NCBI GenBank assembly: GCA_029717555.1
Contig: JAMDHS010000018.1
Coordinates: 62,001-126,000, forward strand
Source: Peribolospora baueri
Taxonomy: Eukaryota
Direction of reading: 5' to 3'
Length of the DNA stretch: 64,000 nucleotides
Shown here: one piece after another, positions 1 to 12,386 of the stretch
Position numbering within the stretch: position 1 is the first letter of the stretch
Layout of the letters: the number at the start of each line of letters is the position of its first letter
The notes under the pieces: model-generated
The model's input: only the letters and a program-made list of their open reading frames with translations
Databases searched by the model: none
Told to the model about the DNA's origin: nothing
Program-made: the position numbers and the translations under genes

Positions 1-1125
1 CAGTTCAATTGAGCGTTTGTATCTATCCGATTTTCCGGTCGGTCACACAGTTGATGATGGGAAGCTCCATGATGCTGGCGTCAAGTCGGCAGATCTTCGC
101 CTTCAGCCGAGACGGGGCTTTGCCGTTCTCTAAAGTGAGCGGGAAGAGGTCATTGCATCACAGCATGGCCTTCGCTCATCCGTCCATTGGCGCGCTTCAA
201 TCATGAATTGCTGCGTTCTTCTGTTTGTCAGTGGCTCTATCGAATCCACCCCAGGACGCTCACGCCCATCAACACGGCCTGGTTCACGGCCATTATCGCC
301 GGCCTGCTTTGTCTGCTTGGATTGGCCGGCACCGCGGCCATCTCCGCCGTCTTTTCTCTCTCTGGTGAGGCGCCCGGCATGGATAGATGACGCGCATACG
401 TTCAAAGAATCCTTGTCTCTGACTCCATTCGTGCCATCTCATACGAACAAAACGTTCCTCGACAACAAGTCGTTGGCTCCTACATTGCCTACGCGATCCC
501 CATCGGTGTCCGTCTGCTCAACCCGGCCAAGCTCCGGCCGGGGCCGTGGTACCTCGGCGACAGGTGGTCAATGGTGGTCGCTGTCGTCGCCGTCACTTTC
601 ATGGCTTTCATGAGCGTCGTTGTCCTGTTCCCCAGTTCGCCTGATCCCGGGGCTGGTGATATGAGTGAGTGACGACGCTTTTCTGACGCAGTTAATGGTG
701 AAGGGGTCCGCTCGTGGAGATAAAATATCAATAGCGTCGTTTCCTTCCGTCTCGTTCCCGCTTTCATCTTTTGCAGACTACGCCGTCGTTGTCACTGCCG
801 GAGTCATGGGCTTTTCCCTTCTGGCGTTCTACTTCCCCAAGTGGGGAGGAAAGTACTGGTTCTCGTGAGTATTGCCCCGAGGTGTCCCGCTCCACCTAAA
901 GTGTTTGTCTCCGGCTCCTTCGGCCACTCTGTGTGCTATCAGGGCTAATTTTACCGCTTTCCTTTCCTCCGAACCTCTTTCAGTGGACCTCTCATGACCG
1001 TGCACGACCCTCAGACACGCTCTCATCCCAACCTGGCGGAAGATGCAGGCAGCAGAGAGTTGGAAAAGGAAGTCCCTCAGCAGAATCTCAAGTCCGATCA
1101 CGACAAGTCTGGTGAAACCTCGTGA
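1..1125 (+). CDS. APC-family amino-acid/GABA permease (Uga4/Tpo5-like), 3' part only; spliced
   Basis: Exons encode ASSRQIFAFSRDGALPFS, TPINTAWFTAIIAGLLCLL, PGPWYLG, DM|YAVVV...WF..GP, which is typical of fungal ACT-family permeases. GT-AG introns; stop TGA at 1123-1125. The 5' end lies outside the window. Confidence 0.85.
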
Positions 1126-1997
1126 ACGTTCCCCCCGCCCGGAAGTGGCTCTTTCGGACCCCAAGGGCTGTGCTGCCCCTTTCTGCATCTTTCCTTTCTT
1201 TCGGAGTGCCGTCCTCCTCTCCTTTCGACTTTACGATACCTTATTTGGCTCATTGTGAATTGACAATCATGAGGGGCACAACCCCCCATTGAGCGAGCGC
1301 TTTTCGGAGGCCACTGTGATAATCTTCTTTGAATTGCTCTTGCTCGCTGTTGATTTGGAGGCTCGTCTTGATGTTGCCTACTCTCTGTTTGGATTATGCA
1401 CAAAGGGGTCGTAGCTCTGTTTTCGTCCCTCACAGTTATCGTCTGGGTGTGTGGTTACCCTTTCACTCCTCAACGACAGCTCTACGTGGTTACCTCACGG
1501 TTCTGCTTGTTTCGCGTACCTTTTGTAGTGTGCGCTGTGCTTCGACGACAGGAGGAGAGCGGGACATCGTTGGCAGATCTGTCAGTTGACCTTTTCAGAT
1601 TCTGCTTTCTTTCTCGGTACGCGTCTTAACAGACCGCCTTTTCTTCGAACCGCCCTCTGTTCTCGCTTCTCCAGTTATTTCGAGGCGTCCATGGTGTCTG
1701 TGCTCGAGGACTTGCATCCCGCAGCGCTCGCTTGCCCACAATGACTATGCCAGCTACCGAGATGCGAATATATCATTCGTGATCTCGTAGTCTATTCTTG
1801 TCCCCTTGTAGCTCCCACTTCTGGTTCAGCCCGGTATCTCGCAGCTTCCTTTATCTACTCCACACCTTCAACGTATAAAAATCGATTTTGTGTCGCGTCT
1901 GGTCGTTTCTCTTGTTGTCAACCTTCTTCCCTTCTTTCAAACTCTTTTTTCCTTCACTAGGCGCATTCGGTCTCCAACCCGCACGCATCAACCCTCA

Positions 1998-2369
1998 ATG
2001 TGGTGGTACGACTTCGAGACGGTTGACGACAGGCTCTGCCTATTCCTGAGGGTAAATGGTGGCGAAAGTCGCTCATTGAAGGCGTTTTGGGAGCCCGAAT
2101 GGTCGGACGTGATGAATGTGACAAGCAGGGACGAATTTCCTTTTATTATTCGAAGCCGCTCCGTGGTGGACGTGAGCCGCGAGAGAATTGGCGAGATCGC
2201 TATCTTCTGGAACCCTTCGCTCCCAGGAGCGATCCCCGACATCACCGATCCCGAAGGTTGCCTACCGCTCCTAGAGACTACAGTATTCTGTGATGCAGAA
2301 TCGACCGACATCATCGCTGCTCTACGCCGCGAATTCGTCGCCGTTCGGGGAACGCCTCGTTCGCTTTGA
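1998..2369 (+). CDS. Small intronless hypothetical protein (123 aa, MWWYDFETVDDRLCLF...)
   Basis: ATG at 1998 follows TATAAAAA (~1874) and a pyrimidine-rich tract. The composition looks globular; no family recognised. Confidence 0.45.
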   Translation: MWWYDFETVDDRLCLFLRVNGGESRSLKAFWEPEWSDVMNVTSRDEFPFIIRSRSVVDVSRERIGEIAIFWNPSLPGAIPDITDPEGCLPLLETTVFCDAESTDIIAALRREFVAVRGTPRSL

Positions 2370-3385
2370 CTGTCGACCAGTTCTTTCATTGCCTTTCCAC
2401 CCGGCGCTTCAAACCCTTTCCCGCCTTATCAAGTCGAACCCTTCCACCACACGCCAGGAGGGGGAAGCATCAGAGAGGGAAAGGGGCAGAAACTGCAGCA
2501 AGAAGATGAAGCAGAAGGGAAGTAGGGAGCAGAGCTGACGCCCGCGCAGACCCGAACGTGCCTGTCATGATCTCACTCGGAGATGGGAAGCAAGTGAGCA
2601 CCGCAACACTTCCGCTCGACGCGCTCTTTCTCTGTTTGTCGCCCTCGTGCGACCCTTTGTCCTCTCCGTGGCCGCGGTCGTGCCGGTGCTGATGCCTAAG
2701 AATATGTAGCCGCGTAGCTTTGATACATTTTGCGAATTCGAAGAATGCCTGACGACGGTCAACGCGGCATATCCGATAGGTGCTTTCATAGCTTGGATAT
2801 GAACATCCTCGCAGAAGGGGACGCCATCCCTTGTGAGCACGGAAGGAGACATCTGTCGCCGGGGCCACGGACAGCCAAAGTTTAGAGATCTCATCCCAAA
2901 AACCCTATTCCGTGCCCTTCCCCGCGGGAGACGACAAACAAAGGTGGAACATGTCGAGAAAAGGTCTATAAAAATCTCGCCCACGCGCTCGCAAACGATG
3001 GCCGAAACAAAAGGCCGCTGTGCCCTCCTTCTCCATTGTCACGTACTGGCTCGCTCATGATATATTCCGGCACCACGTTCACGCTTTCACCCGTATAACC
3101 TTCGCCGTCATCTGTATTCTAGTTCAGTCCAGTCCAGCCCAATCTGCCGTCGCGAGTTGTGCGAACATCAACCCGCAAATCCCAGACCAGGTCAAGTTGC
3201 AGAGCGAGAGAACGCTATTTTTGGTTGTGTCTCGAAAGGACGTGCATCAAGCGATTGAAGGGCTCAGCATACTTTTTATATCTCGGCGAGTAGCTTCCTC
3301 GCCTCTGGCGTTCGTCGGGAAAGGTGGGACTCAAGCTGCATTTGCCGTGAAACTTGTCCAGCCGACTTGCCTTCTTCCTGCAACG

Positions 3386-3688
3386 ATGAGCCGGCGCCAG
3401 CAAGTCGCCGCCTTCCTCGACAACAACCATCCTGGCAATTTCAATACTGGGTGGCAACTGAACAACAAGAATTGGAAAACCCTGCCCAACGTAAGGTCAG
3501 ATGACTTGAGCTACCCTTACCGCCTCAAGGTCCGCTCGGTCAACGACGGCGAAATGAGCGTGTGGGAATACGACGGCAACGGAAGCGAGACTTGTCTTTG
3601 CGTGCGCAGTGTCCCCGAAGGGTGCAGTGGGAAGCGGATCTATGCCGAGCTGCAACGCTGGTTCAACGGCGGGTTTGAGGTGAGTTGA
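3386..3688 (+). CDS. Small hypothetical protein (~100 aa, MSRRQQVAAFLDNNHPGNF...)
   Basis: Open frame with C/G-ending codon bias like neighbouring genes. It ends at GAG|GTGAGT, so it could be spliced further. No family recognised. Confidence 0.45.
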   Translation: MSRRQQVAAFLDNNHPGNFNTGWQLNNKNWKTLPNVRSDDLSYPYRLKVRSVNDGEMSVWEYDGNGSETCLCVRSVPEGCSGKRIYAELQRWFNGGFEVS

Positions 3689-4167
3689 GGTCGTCATTCC
3701 TTCGTCCCTGGCTTCGTTCCGTCGTCCTACGCTTGCACCGACCTCTCTTTGTCCATGTGTTGATCGGCTATCTTCGAGACGCAGCGCAAGCCATGTAAAG
3801 CCGCTTAGGTAGTTCCACCATTTCGCCCTTGACAATCACACGACTGTACATGCCTTGCAAGTCCCGAGCGCTGGACGCTAGCTTGAATAGAACTGTTTCT
3901 TCTCGCAAGATAGCAAACTTGCCCGGGCGGTCGGTGCTCAAGTTTGGCTCTGCTACTTGAAGCGCTCAGCAGTAAGCAGCCCGCAAGCGGATGAGAATAC
4001 ATCACGTGATATAAACATATAGTCGTGCGAACATGTCACGTGAAGTCTTTATGTCCCGACCTGGCCCCTTCCTGCCTACCCTCTCTCCTCTCCACACGCC
4101 TGCAAGAGCAATTCACGGCCGGCTTCACCTTCCCCTGTCTGGACGCTCTCATAAATCGACGGTCGTG

Positions 4168-7100
4168 ATGGCCATCGACGTCCAGCCGCTTCGGTGCGCC
4201 CCGCCGCCGGATGCACCGCCCCGGCCACCGACCGATCCCCGCGCCTTCGTCTTTCCCGTCATACCCAACCTGGTCACGTTCACCTCACCGCCGTCCGGCG
4301 TGGTTTTGGAGGAGGACCCGTTGGTGGAACTGGATGCGTATTGGAGGCGCGTGCGACACACCTGTTCCGTCGACCCTGGCCCCCTCGTCGAACGTTACGG
4401 AACGCAAGAGGGCTACTGCGAGGGCGTGCGCGTCTGGAGGTCCGTCGTGTTCGTCACCCCTCAGGCCATGGGCAGAGGTCAGAGCTCATCGAGCCCGAGA
4501 GACTCAGAGAGGGCTGCGGCGACAGACCTTCTCGAAAGACTGCAAAACATGGGAGAATGGAAACGAAACGCAGCGAGGATCGACGCCTTTGCGACGAGGT
4601 GAGTTGCCTCTCAGAGGTGCACGCATGTCATACGTAGAGCTAGAGAGTGAAGGTGCAGAGAGGAAAGCGGACAGGCCGCATAAAAGAGACGGTGCTTAAA
4701 GTGGACAGGTGGATGTGGAAAGGAAATGCTTTCAAAGATTGTACAGCAGACGACGTTGACGCACAAACCAAACTTGGATGCCTCATTCGAATCACCGTCC
4801 TTTTTTTTCTTCCCCCCTCCCCTCTTCCCCTTCGTCCCTCGGAAAAGTTACGACCCTTACTCTCCCCACTCGATCACCTCGTATGATCCCACGCCTCAGC
4901 CCGTTCCCTACCTCTTCCTGGCCGGCCTGCCGCCCGGATACCCGCCCGACTACCTCACGCGTCTCCTCTCGCCGGCCGGCCGCGTCATCTCCAGCGAGGT
5001 CTTCGGCTCTAAGCAGGGTGGGACCGGTCCGAGCTCATCTTACGGCCGAGTGCTGATGGAGGATCGACAGGCGAGCGTCGGCGCACTCTTGCTCATGCAC
5101 GGCCGTAATCTTAATGCCGTCACTGCGGTGAAGAAGGACTCCGTCCTGGCCAGGTGGGAGGTCCAAAGGGGGGCGCCCAAAGGCTCGTATGCAGTCCCTG
5201 CCAATGTTGGGGCCGCTTCGAGACCGAGAGGTCCTGATCTGATGAGAGATGGCAGAGACGGAAGAGACTACGGAGGCTACCCAGGCGCGCAACGATGGCA
5301 AGAACGAGAAAGAGTGCCTTACTACCCCGGAGAGGATCGACCTCGTTATCCCGGAGAGGACCGACCTTCCTGGCTGCCCTCGCAGCGAGCACCTGACTAC
5401 GGCCCAGGTCCAGTCGAACAAGGGGCGCCACAGGCGTCGCCACCGCCTCTGCAGAATGAAACCAAACCGGCGGCCATGAGCGCGTTTGACGCGGCAGCTC
5501 TACTCAAGCGCATCATGGAAGGCGACACAGCACCGGCGCCAAAGGCAACTCCAGGGCCGGCTCCAGCGACCATTGCCATACCTCCTCCTCCACCGGTAGA
5601 GAGAAGGCCGGACTACGGTCCTCGTTACGACGCTTACGGCCCTCCAGAGACATATCCGCCTTATGATCTCCCGCCGCCACCGCCACCACCGCATGTTGGA
5701 TACCGTGGTGGACCAGCTCCTCTACCGGCCTTCCCGCCGGCCGCCCCTCCGTCCCGATACGATGATTATTATCGCTCATCGTCGTCTTCTTACGACCCTT
5801 ATCCTGACCCTGGAGCAGACCCTCGCGGGTACGCTTATGGGGATCCGCGTGGACCTGAGCGGGGTCCCTATGAGCGGGATAGAGGCGACCCCCGCGGTCC
5901 TCCTCATCTCGACAGAGCCCCCCCCGGCGGCCCTCCCCCACTAGACAGGAGAGGCCCGCCAAGCGAAAGGCTTTTGGCGCACGCCTCGAGGACGCGATGC
6001 AAGTGGGATATGAAGGGTGCGTGCGTCGTCTAGTGCAATAGTTGTGAAAGCTCGACGCGAATCGCACGCTCACATTCCCATGTGTCTGTTTTTCCCCTTG
6101 TTCCCCTGTTCGCTCATGCGTGCAGGTTATTGTCGCAACGGCAGCAGCTGCTGGTTCATTCATGGAGAGCCGCCTTCAGATCGAGCAGGCGGGCCTTACA
6201 GAGACCGTGCCCCCTCGGACGATAGGCGGCCCCCTTATCCCTCGGCCTCTCGTTACGACGACGACCGGCGCCGAGGATATGGCGACCAGCGCCCGTACGG
6301 CGATTCTGATCACGCTTACGACCGCCCGCCGCCGGCATCGTCCGACTATGCTCCGGCGTGGGGAAGGGAACGAGATGGGGACGGCGGAGGGGGCGGTTCA
6401 CCACCCAAAGGCAGAGGGTCAAAGCCGCCGAGTCGAGAACAGCAGGACAAGGACAGGCTGCTACGCGAAAAGCTCGACCATGAGCGTCGTGAGGAGATGA
6501 AGAAGTCGGAAAACGAGGGGGAACGGAGCGGTGATGGGGGCGATCATCATGTCCCGGCCGACGCTTCTACAGCTTTGCCGCGTGACACCCCCGATCAGTA
6601 TGCCGCGGCCACCGTCACCATCGGGGACGGAGCCGGAGCCGGAGCCGGTCCGCTACAATTGCAGGACGAAGGCACAACGATGGAGCCAGTACAGCAGCCA
6701 ATGATGACGACGAGGAAGAGACCGCTGGAGAAGGACGGGGACGAGGCTGAGATGGAAGAGAGCGACAAGAAGGCGCGCATGGAAGGCGGCTTCATCCACA
6801 ACGGCGGCGGCGGTGGTGGCGACGAGACAGGCGAGGGCCACGGCACGGAAGGCGCGGGAGCGGTGGATATCTTGAAGCACCTCAAGGCTCAGGCTGATGA
6901 GGCCATCGCCGCTGAGGCGGCGGAAGCGACCGAGGAGACGAAGGCGGAAGGGAGGGCAGATGACGTGCCGACGAAGGCAGGCGATGATGCGTTTGGAGTG
7001 GCTGTTGAAGGGATGGGCGAAGGGATGGGCGAGTGGACGGCGAAGCAGTCAAGCGGGCCGACGGGTGAGCACAGCGAGCCCACCGCTGAGCACAGCGAGC

Positions 7101-7261
7101 CCACCGCTGAGCACAGCGAGCCCACCGCTGAGCACAGCGAGCCCACCGCTGAGCACAGCGAGCCCACCGCTGAGCACAGCGAGCCCACCGCTGAGCACAG
7201 CGAGCCGATGCCTGCGCAGAGCGGGCCATCGCCTGAGCAGAGCGGTCCTGCACCAGTATAA
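4168..7261 (+). CDS. Putative RNA-binding protein: dsRBD-like + RRM + CCCH zinc finger, long Pro/Arg/Asp-rich disordered regions
   Basis: Phase-compatible introns at 4599-4847 and 6017-6125. RRM-like segment YLFLAGLPPGYPPDYLTRLLSPAGRV...YGRVLMEDRQASVGALLLMHG. Splicing reconstitutes CKWDMKG|YCRNGSSCWFIH (C-x7-C-x5-C-x3-H). Confidence 0.75.
7067..7206 (+). repeat. Perfect coding minisatellite, 21-bp unit GAGCACAGCGAGCCCACCGCT x ~6.7 (EHSEPTA)
   Basis: Directly visible identical tandem copies in the last exon of the RNA-binding protein gene. Confidence 0.97.
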
Positions 7262-7520
7262 AGGAATGAAATGCAATGCGAGTCTTGTTATGATATCTAT
7301 CATGAAGCGCTCCGGCTCCAACAGCTAGCTATCCGCACTTGGCTTTGGCCGCAAGTATAGTACACACATACAATACAGTGTTGTACTGGAATATAAGTAC
7401 TTGATAATGACAGCGATCGGCGAGGATTCGATTCCCAGCGGCTTCCGTCTTCCTCCCGTCGTCCATCTCCACCTTCACTCCATCTCCTCAGCGCCGCATC
7501 TCGTCTGCACCTCATTCAAT

Positions 7521-9072
7521 ATGGCGGTAAGCAATTTCGATTGATGACGAGTGTGGTCGATGGCCTCAGTCCGGATCCACGCACTTCCCTCCGCTTCAGT
7601 CCCAGCAGCCGCTGACCTTTCACATTGCGTCTGGCACATCTCTCGCAACCGTCAGATCAACTGGATCCTCCTAATTTCTCGCCAGGGCAAGATGCGCCTC
7701 GCGAAATGGTTCACTACTATGAACCCCAAGGTATGATGGAGCTCTTTCAACTCTTAAACTGGATGAAGAGGGATAATGTTGTATATAGATCGTTGCACTA
7801 ACGGATATACCGGGCGGGGATTCCGTCGGCAGGCCAAGTCAAAGATCATCAAGGATATCACCCAGCTGGTGCTGGCTCGGCGAGTGAGCCTGCGTTCTCC
7901 TTGTTTCCATCTAAGTTGCATCTGAAGTTGAGCCGGTGGCAGTGATCTCTGACGACGGTTACGACTCGGTTCGTTGCATCACGACGTCGTCTGAAGACAC
8001 GGATGTGTAACTTCCTTGAGTACAAAGGTGCGTACTCTCACCTTCCACTGCATATCTTCTCCCTTGCGAGGAAGAGATTACCTGTGCTCCAAATCGCTCT
8101 TCTTTTGTCCCTTCATCTCACCCCACCACGTTACGACCCTCATCCGCTCGCCTCACAGACTCTAAAGTCGTCTACCGACGCTACGCCTCGCTTTTCTTCG
8201 TTTGCGGTATCAATCAAGGCGACAACGAACTGGTAACTCTCGAGATCATTCATCGATACGTCGAGATCCTTGATCGGTATTTTGGCAACGTGAGTGGGGA
8301 GCGGATGGATTCGTCATGCGGAGCGGGATTACCACCTATGGAGGATCAGCAGTCCCTTTCCCGACACCGTTGGTTGTGTCAATCATCTGCTCGGTTGGTG
8401 CTGATACGTTCCCTATACGTCGTCTTCTTCTGTGCCTCTCTTCTGCACAGGTCTGCGAGCTGGATCTGTGAGCGTCTGCTTCTTCCCATCTTTCAATATG
8501 AGTGATTAATTTCAAACGTGTTTTTCGCCACTCGCTGACGGCCTCCCACATTCGCCTCCTCGTTCCCCCACCTCATCTGTTTTCAGCATTTTCAACTTTC
8601 AAAAAGCCTACTCTGTGAGCCTCCCGCCTGCTTCGATTCAGTTTGCTGAGTCTCATGTCCCCCACACGCACCGCGAAGTAACCGAGCGCGCATGTGTCAC
8701 CTCGCCGCTGCCGGTCTCCCACTAACGCCCCCTCCCAAAAACCTCTTCCCTTCCCTCTTCCCGAATCTTTCCACCGCACATTGTACAGATCCTCGACGAA
8801 CTGATCATGGCAGGCGAGATGCAAGAGTCATCCAAAAAGTCCGTCTTGCGCGTCATCGGCCAGAGCGACGCGATTGAAGACGCCGAGAACAGCGAGGATG
8901 TGCGTTCTCTTCCGTTTCCATATCTGCCTCGTGGACTCTTCCGAGCGAAGAGGACATCAACTATGAGCGCTTTTTTTTTTGGTGCTGACCTGTTGTCACC
9001 CTCCCTTCCACGCCTCTCCGTCATCGTCCACCCCCCCAGAGTTTGGCTCGAATCGGATCTCGCAGTGGATAG
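7521..9072 (+). CDS. APS1: AP-1 adaptor complex sigma (small) subunit
   Basis: Spliced [21 protein letters not shown]...CNFLEYK|...[11 protein letters not shown]...[36 protein letters not shown]...[17 protein letters not shown]. Confidence 0.93.
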
Positions 9073-9483
9073 GCGAGCGGACGGGGCTACCACTGTACGA
9101 GTATGCGCACGGGCTCTTCGTCTATGATAAATATACCTGGGACACCTGTTCCTCTCTTCTTCTTGGGCCTCGTTAGTCAGACGCGGCGACCACGTCGAAT
9201 CTGCTCGGACGAATCTGCAAATACTTGTGCATTCTATTGCACAAGTTCAACACCGAATCATCTATATCGGAAACGTGAATCCGAGACGGTCTGAGAGTAA
9301 GATGGAAATCGATTTAGGTGGTTGCATGACGACTCTGAAGCGAGTCGACATGAAGTATGGACGGACGAAGACTGTTCTGCGACGACGACACCCGGCCCCG
9401 GGCTCGTTTCGGTCTCTCCTGGTCTCCTCTCGTCTTCGACCCCGCCCCTCCCCCTAAATTCCTAAATATTCCTAATTCTTCGT

Positions 9484-11943
9484 TCAATCATCCTCATCCT
9501 CGCCATCTTCTCGCTCATCCCTAACTGATCTCTTGATTACGGCCCTGAGGGTGATACAGAAGAAGGCGGTCTTTAGCGTTTTCGTCCGAGCACTCATCTC
9601 CTCTTTCCGTCCGAGCACGATGCAAACTGGTGCGACGCCCAGATTCATCCGCCGAGGGAAGACGCACCTGAAAAGGATCCGCCACATCAGGAAGTACCAG
9701 AACAGATTAAGGAGAAGCAAAAGGAAAAGAGGAGTGAAGACCTGTCCAGCGGCGGGGAGGAACGAATGGAAGGGGAGAGTCCAGACAGGGTCAGAACAGG
9801 TCCGAACAAGGCGAACGTTGGAGAACGGAGCGTTAAACGGCTAATCCCCTAGAATAGCTCGCCACGACGATTGCAAGTACAAGCTCTGACTTCCGAGTCC
9901 TTCGTTCCTCCCACTTCAAACCCCGAACGCATATTCACCTGATACTTCATCCACCAAGTCAACCACACGCCTTCGCTCGGCCTGAAGAACTTGGCGTGTT
10001 CAGGGATGAGGTCAAACTCGAACCACACCGATCGGAGTGTGTCGGCGGAAAGGTAAATGCGGAAATAGCTGGCGTAAGTGGAATCAGAACGATTGACATA
10101 TAAAGTGAACAGCCGCGAGTGAAAAGTGAGTGAAAAGGGTTGTGTACGGTAAGAGATATGCCCATAGGTACGCAGAACATACAGCAAGCAGGAGAAGACA
10201 AAGCTCAGACTCACGTCCAAAGAATAATGAACGTAAGGAACGCAACAATTGACGTCCTCTCCAGCTTCATATAGTTGATCGACTTTGCGAGCTGTGTTAT
10301 TACGAGAAAACGAGTGGCCGACGACAAGAAACAGATACGTGGTAAGCGCAAGGTTCGGCCGCGATGGAACATGGTCGCGAAGATCGGACGATAGTTGCGC
10401 TCGAGAGCGATAAAAGTCGTTGGAGCGCAAGGCTTACAGCGAGGAAGCAATCTGGGATATCCATGCAGCAGAACACGGTGGTGCCGATCATGGTGAGGTT
10501 GATGCCGTAGCTCCACCCGACGAGCCAGAGAGTGACAAAGTGCTGAATGGGATGGATCAATAAATATATAACAGACCGAACGGAGGGATGTCAACGTCAG
10601 CGCGGGCGCCGGAACCCCTCGGGTGATAAACGGCGGACTCACGTGAGCGATCAGCTCGTTGTAGTCCTTGCGCGGCTTCTCGAGCTTGAGGATCATGACG
10701 ATGGCTTGCTGGAGCCAATAGGAGAGCTGAAGGAGGTAGTATGCCTTGAGCTCCGGCTTCATGCGCCAATGCGGGTACTCTGCAAGAGATGCAAAGGAAG
10801 AACAAGGACACGATGCATGAGAACGCAGGTGGGAGGTATGGCCGGTGCTACGGAGACCACTCACTCAACCAGAAATGTTCCGTCTCTGCGCAGCATAGCG
10901 CAGTTAGCCAGATAGTGAGGTGACAGAGGGAGGTGATAGGGTGAGTCCATGGTCGCCAAGTGGAGCACAGCAATCGTCTGCGCCTGATCGCAGGTTGCAC
11001 TGGAGTGCATCAATCACTCACGGTACCACCAGTTCTCTTGCCTACTCATGACATACAACCCGAGCGAGCTGGAGAGGCCGAAAAAGAGGATGGCGTATCC
11101 CTGCTCCATAAACCTTTGCAGCTTCACCTCCTTCCTAATGCCCCACCACTTGGCAAAAGGCCTAAAGATGTAGAGGGTGGTAGTCTGTCGGAAGCAGGAG
11201 AAGACGATGACGTAGAACGCCAGGAAGCACAGGTCCAGAAGTCCTTTCCCGTACCGCACGTCCGACGGGTCCTCTCCCGCTTCCGGCGGCAGACGGTAGG
11301 ATAGGAAGATGAAGGGAGCGAAGGGGTTGGGTACATTGGGCGTGAAGAACGCCCAATTTGCCCACAGCAGGACGACGAACGATGCGAGCTTGAAGGAAGA
11401 AGCTGGGAGCGGGAAAAAGAGTTCGGCATAGGACATTGCAAGGAGAACGGGGAAACAGAAAGATGGATTTGATCGCATCAGTCGGAATTAGGCTCATTTG
11501 CGCGATCGGAGACGCGCACGCATCGACCCACCTGGCACCTTCATCCATTGCATGGTGACCACGTCTTCCCAGAGGGACGCCGTGATCTTATGGGGCCCCT
11601 CATCCATCGACTTCCGCACCGTCGCGCTCTGTCCGAGCTTGCTCTCCTTCGCCGCCTTCCTCTTTCTCAACCCGCCATCTGTAGAAGCGGCAGGAGAAGC
11701 GTCCTCCTCGGCGGCGGGGGAGGCGGCAGCGATGCGCTCGGCGATGTCAGTCATGGTCTGTTCCGCGGGAGAGAAACTATCGACGTCGAGCGGGCTCTGC
11801 TCTCCCAGGTGGAGGTGCGCGAGGTGATGGTCGGGATCGTTGCGGGCGCTGTTCACCGAGTCGATGATGATGCGGGACATAGAGCGGCGCTTGCGGACCG
11901 AAGGCTGGGAGGTGCCGTTGGCGGTGGTCGATGACGACGACAT
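9484..11943 (-). CDS. LAG1: Ceramide synthase (TLC/Lag1 domain)
   Basis: YGKGLLDLCFLAFYVIVFS, RFMEQGY, KAYYLLQLSYWLQQ, EKPRKDYNELIAH|HFVTLWLVGWSY...MDIPDCFLA (Lag1 motif), LNLFWYFLMWRI, acidic tail DEREDGEDEDD. Confidence 0.92.
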
Positions 11944-12386
11944 GGTGGGCGAGGTGAGGTGCAAGGTCGAGAGAGCGGTGGCCTGAACCAGCCTGCCTCG
12001 TTCGTTCGTTCGTTCGTTTGGTCGCGGGCAGGAGGAGGTCAAGCCTCTCGCCGTCGTGATCGTCGAAGAAACCGTTTTGGCTGTGGCTTGGCTCTTGCGC
12101 CGTCCGCCCAATCGGCGTCACCAGGCCTTCTCGCCGCAGCCGCGTGTCGAGAGAGAGGCTTGATGGCACGTGCCGTTTGCGGGTTAGGGTTAGGGTCGTC
12201 GCGCACAGACCACTTCGGGACCACCTCGGCACTCGGTAGGACGTCGTTGCAATGTGAGAGAAGAACGTGGGCAAGCGATTCCGAAGCAGCGTATGTTCGT
12301 GCACGCGTACGGTATATGGACATGCGCAACGACAGAAAGTGGAACAGGCCTCCTTCTCCCCCGTCTCGCACCAACGCTAGACTCGC

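Noticed and set aside
7067..7206. Regular repeat resembling a CRISPR array
   Set aside because: Head-to-tail units without unique spacers, in a eukaryotic coding exon.
12181..12196. GGGTTAGGGTTAGGGT telomere-like repeat upstream of LAG1
   Set aside because: Only about 2.5 units and internal; not a telomere. It might be a telobox-type promoter element, but there is no support for that here.
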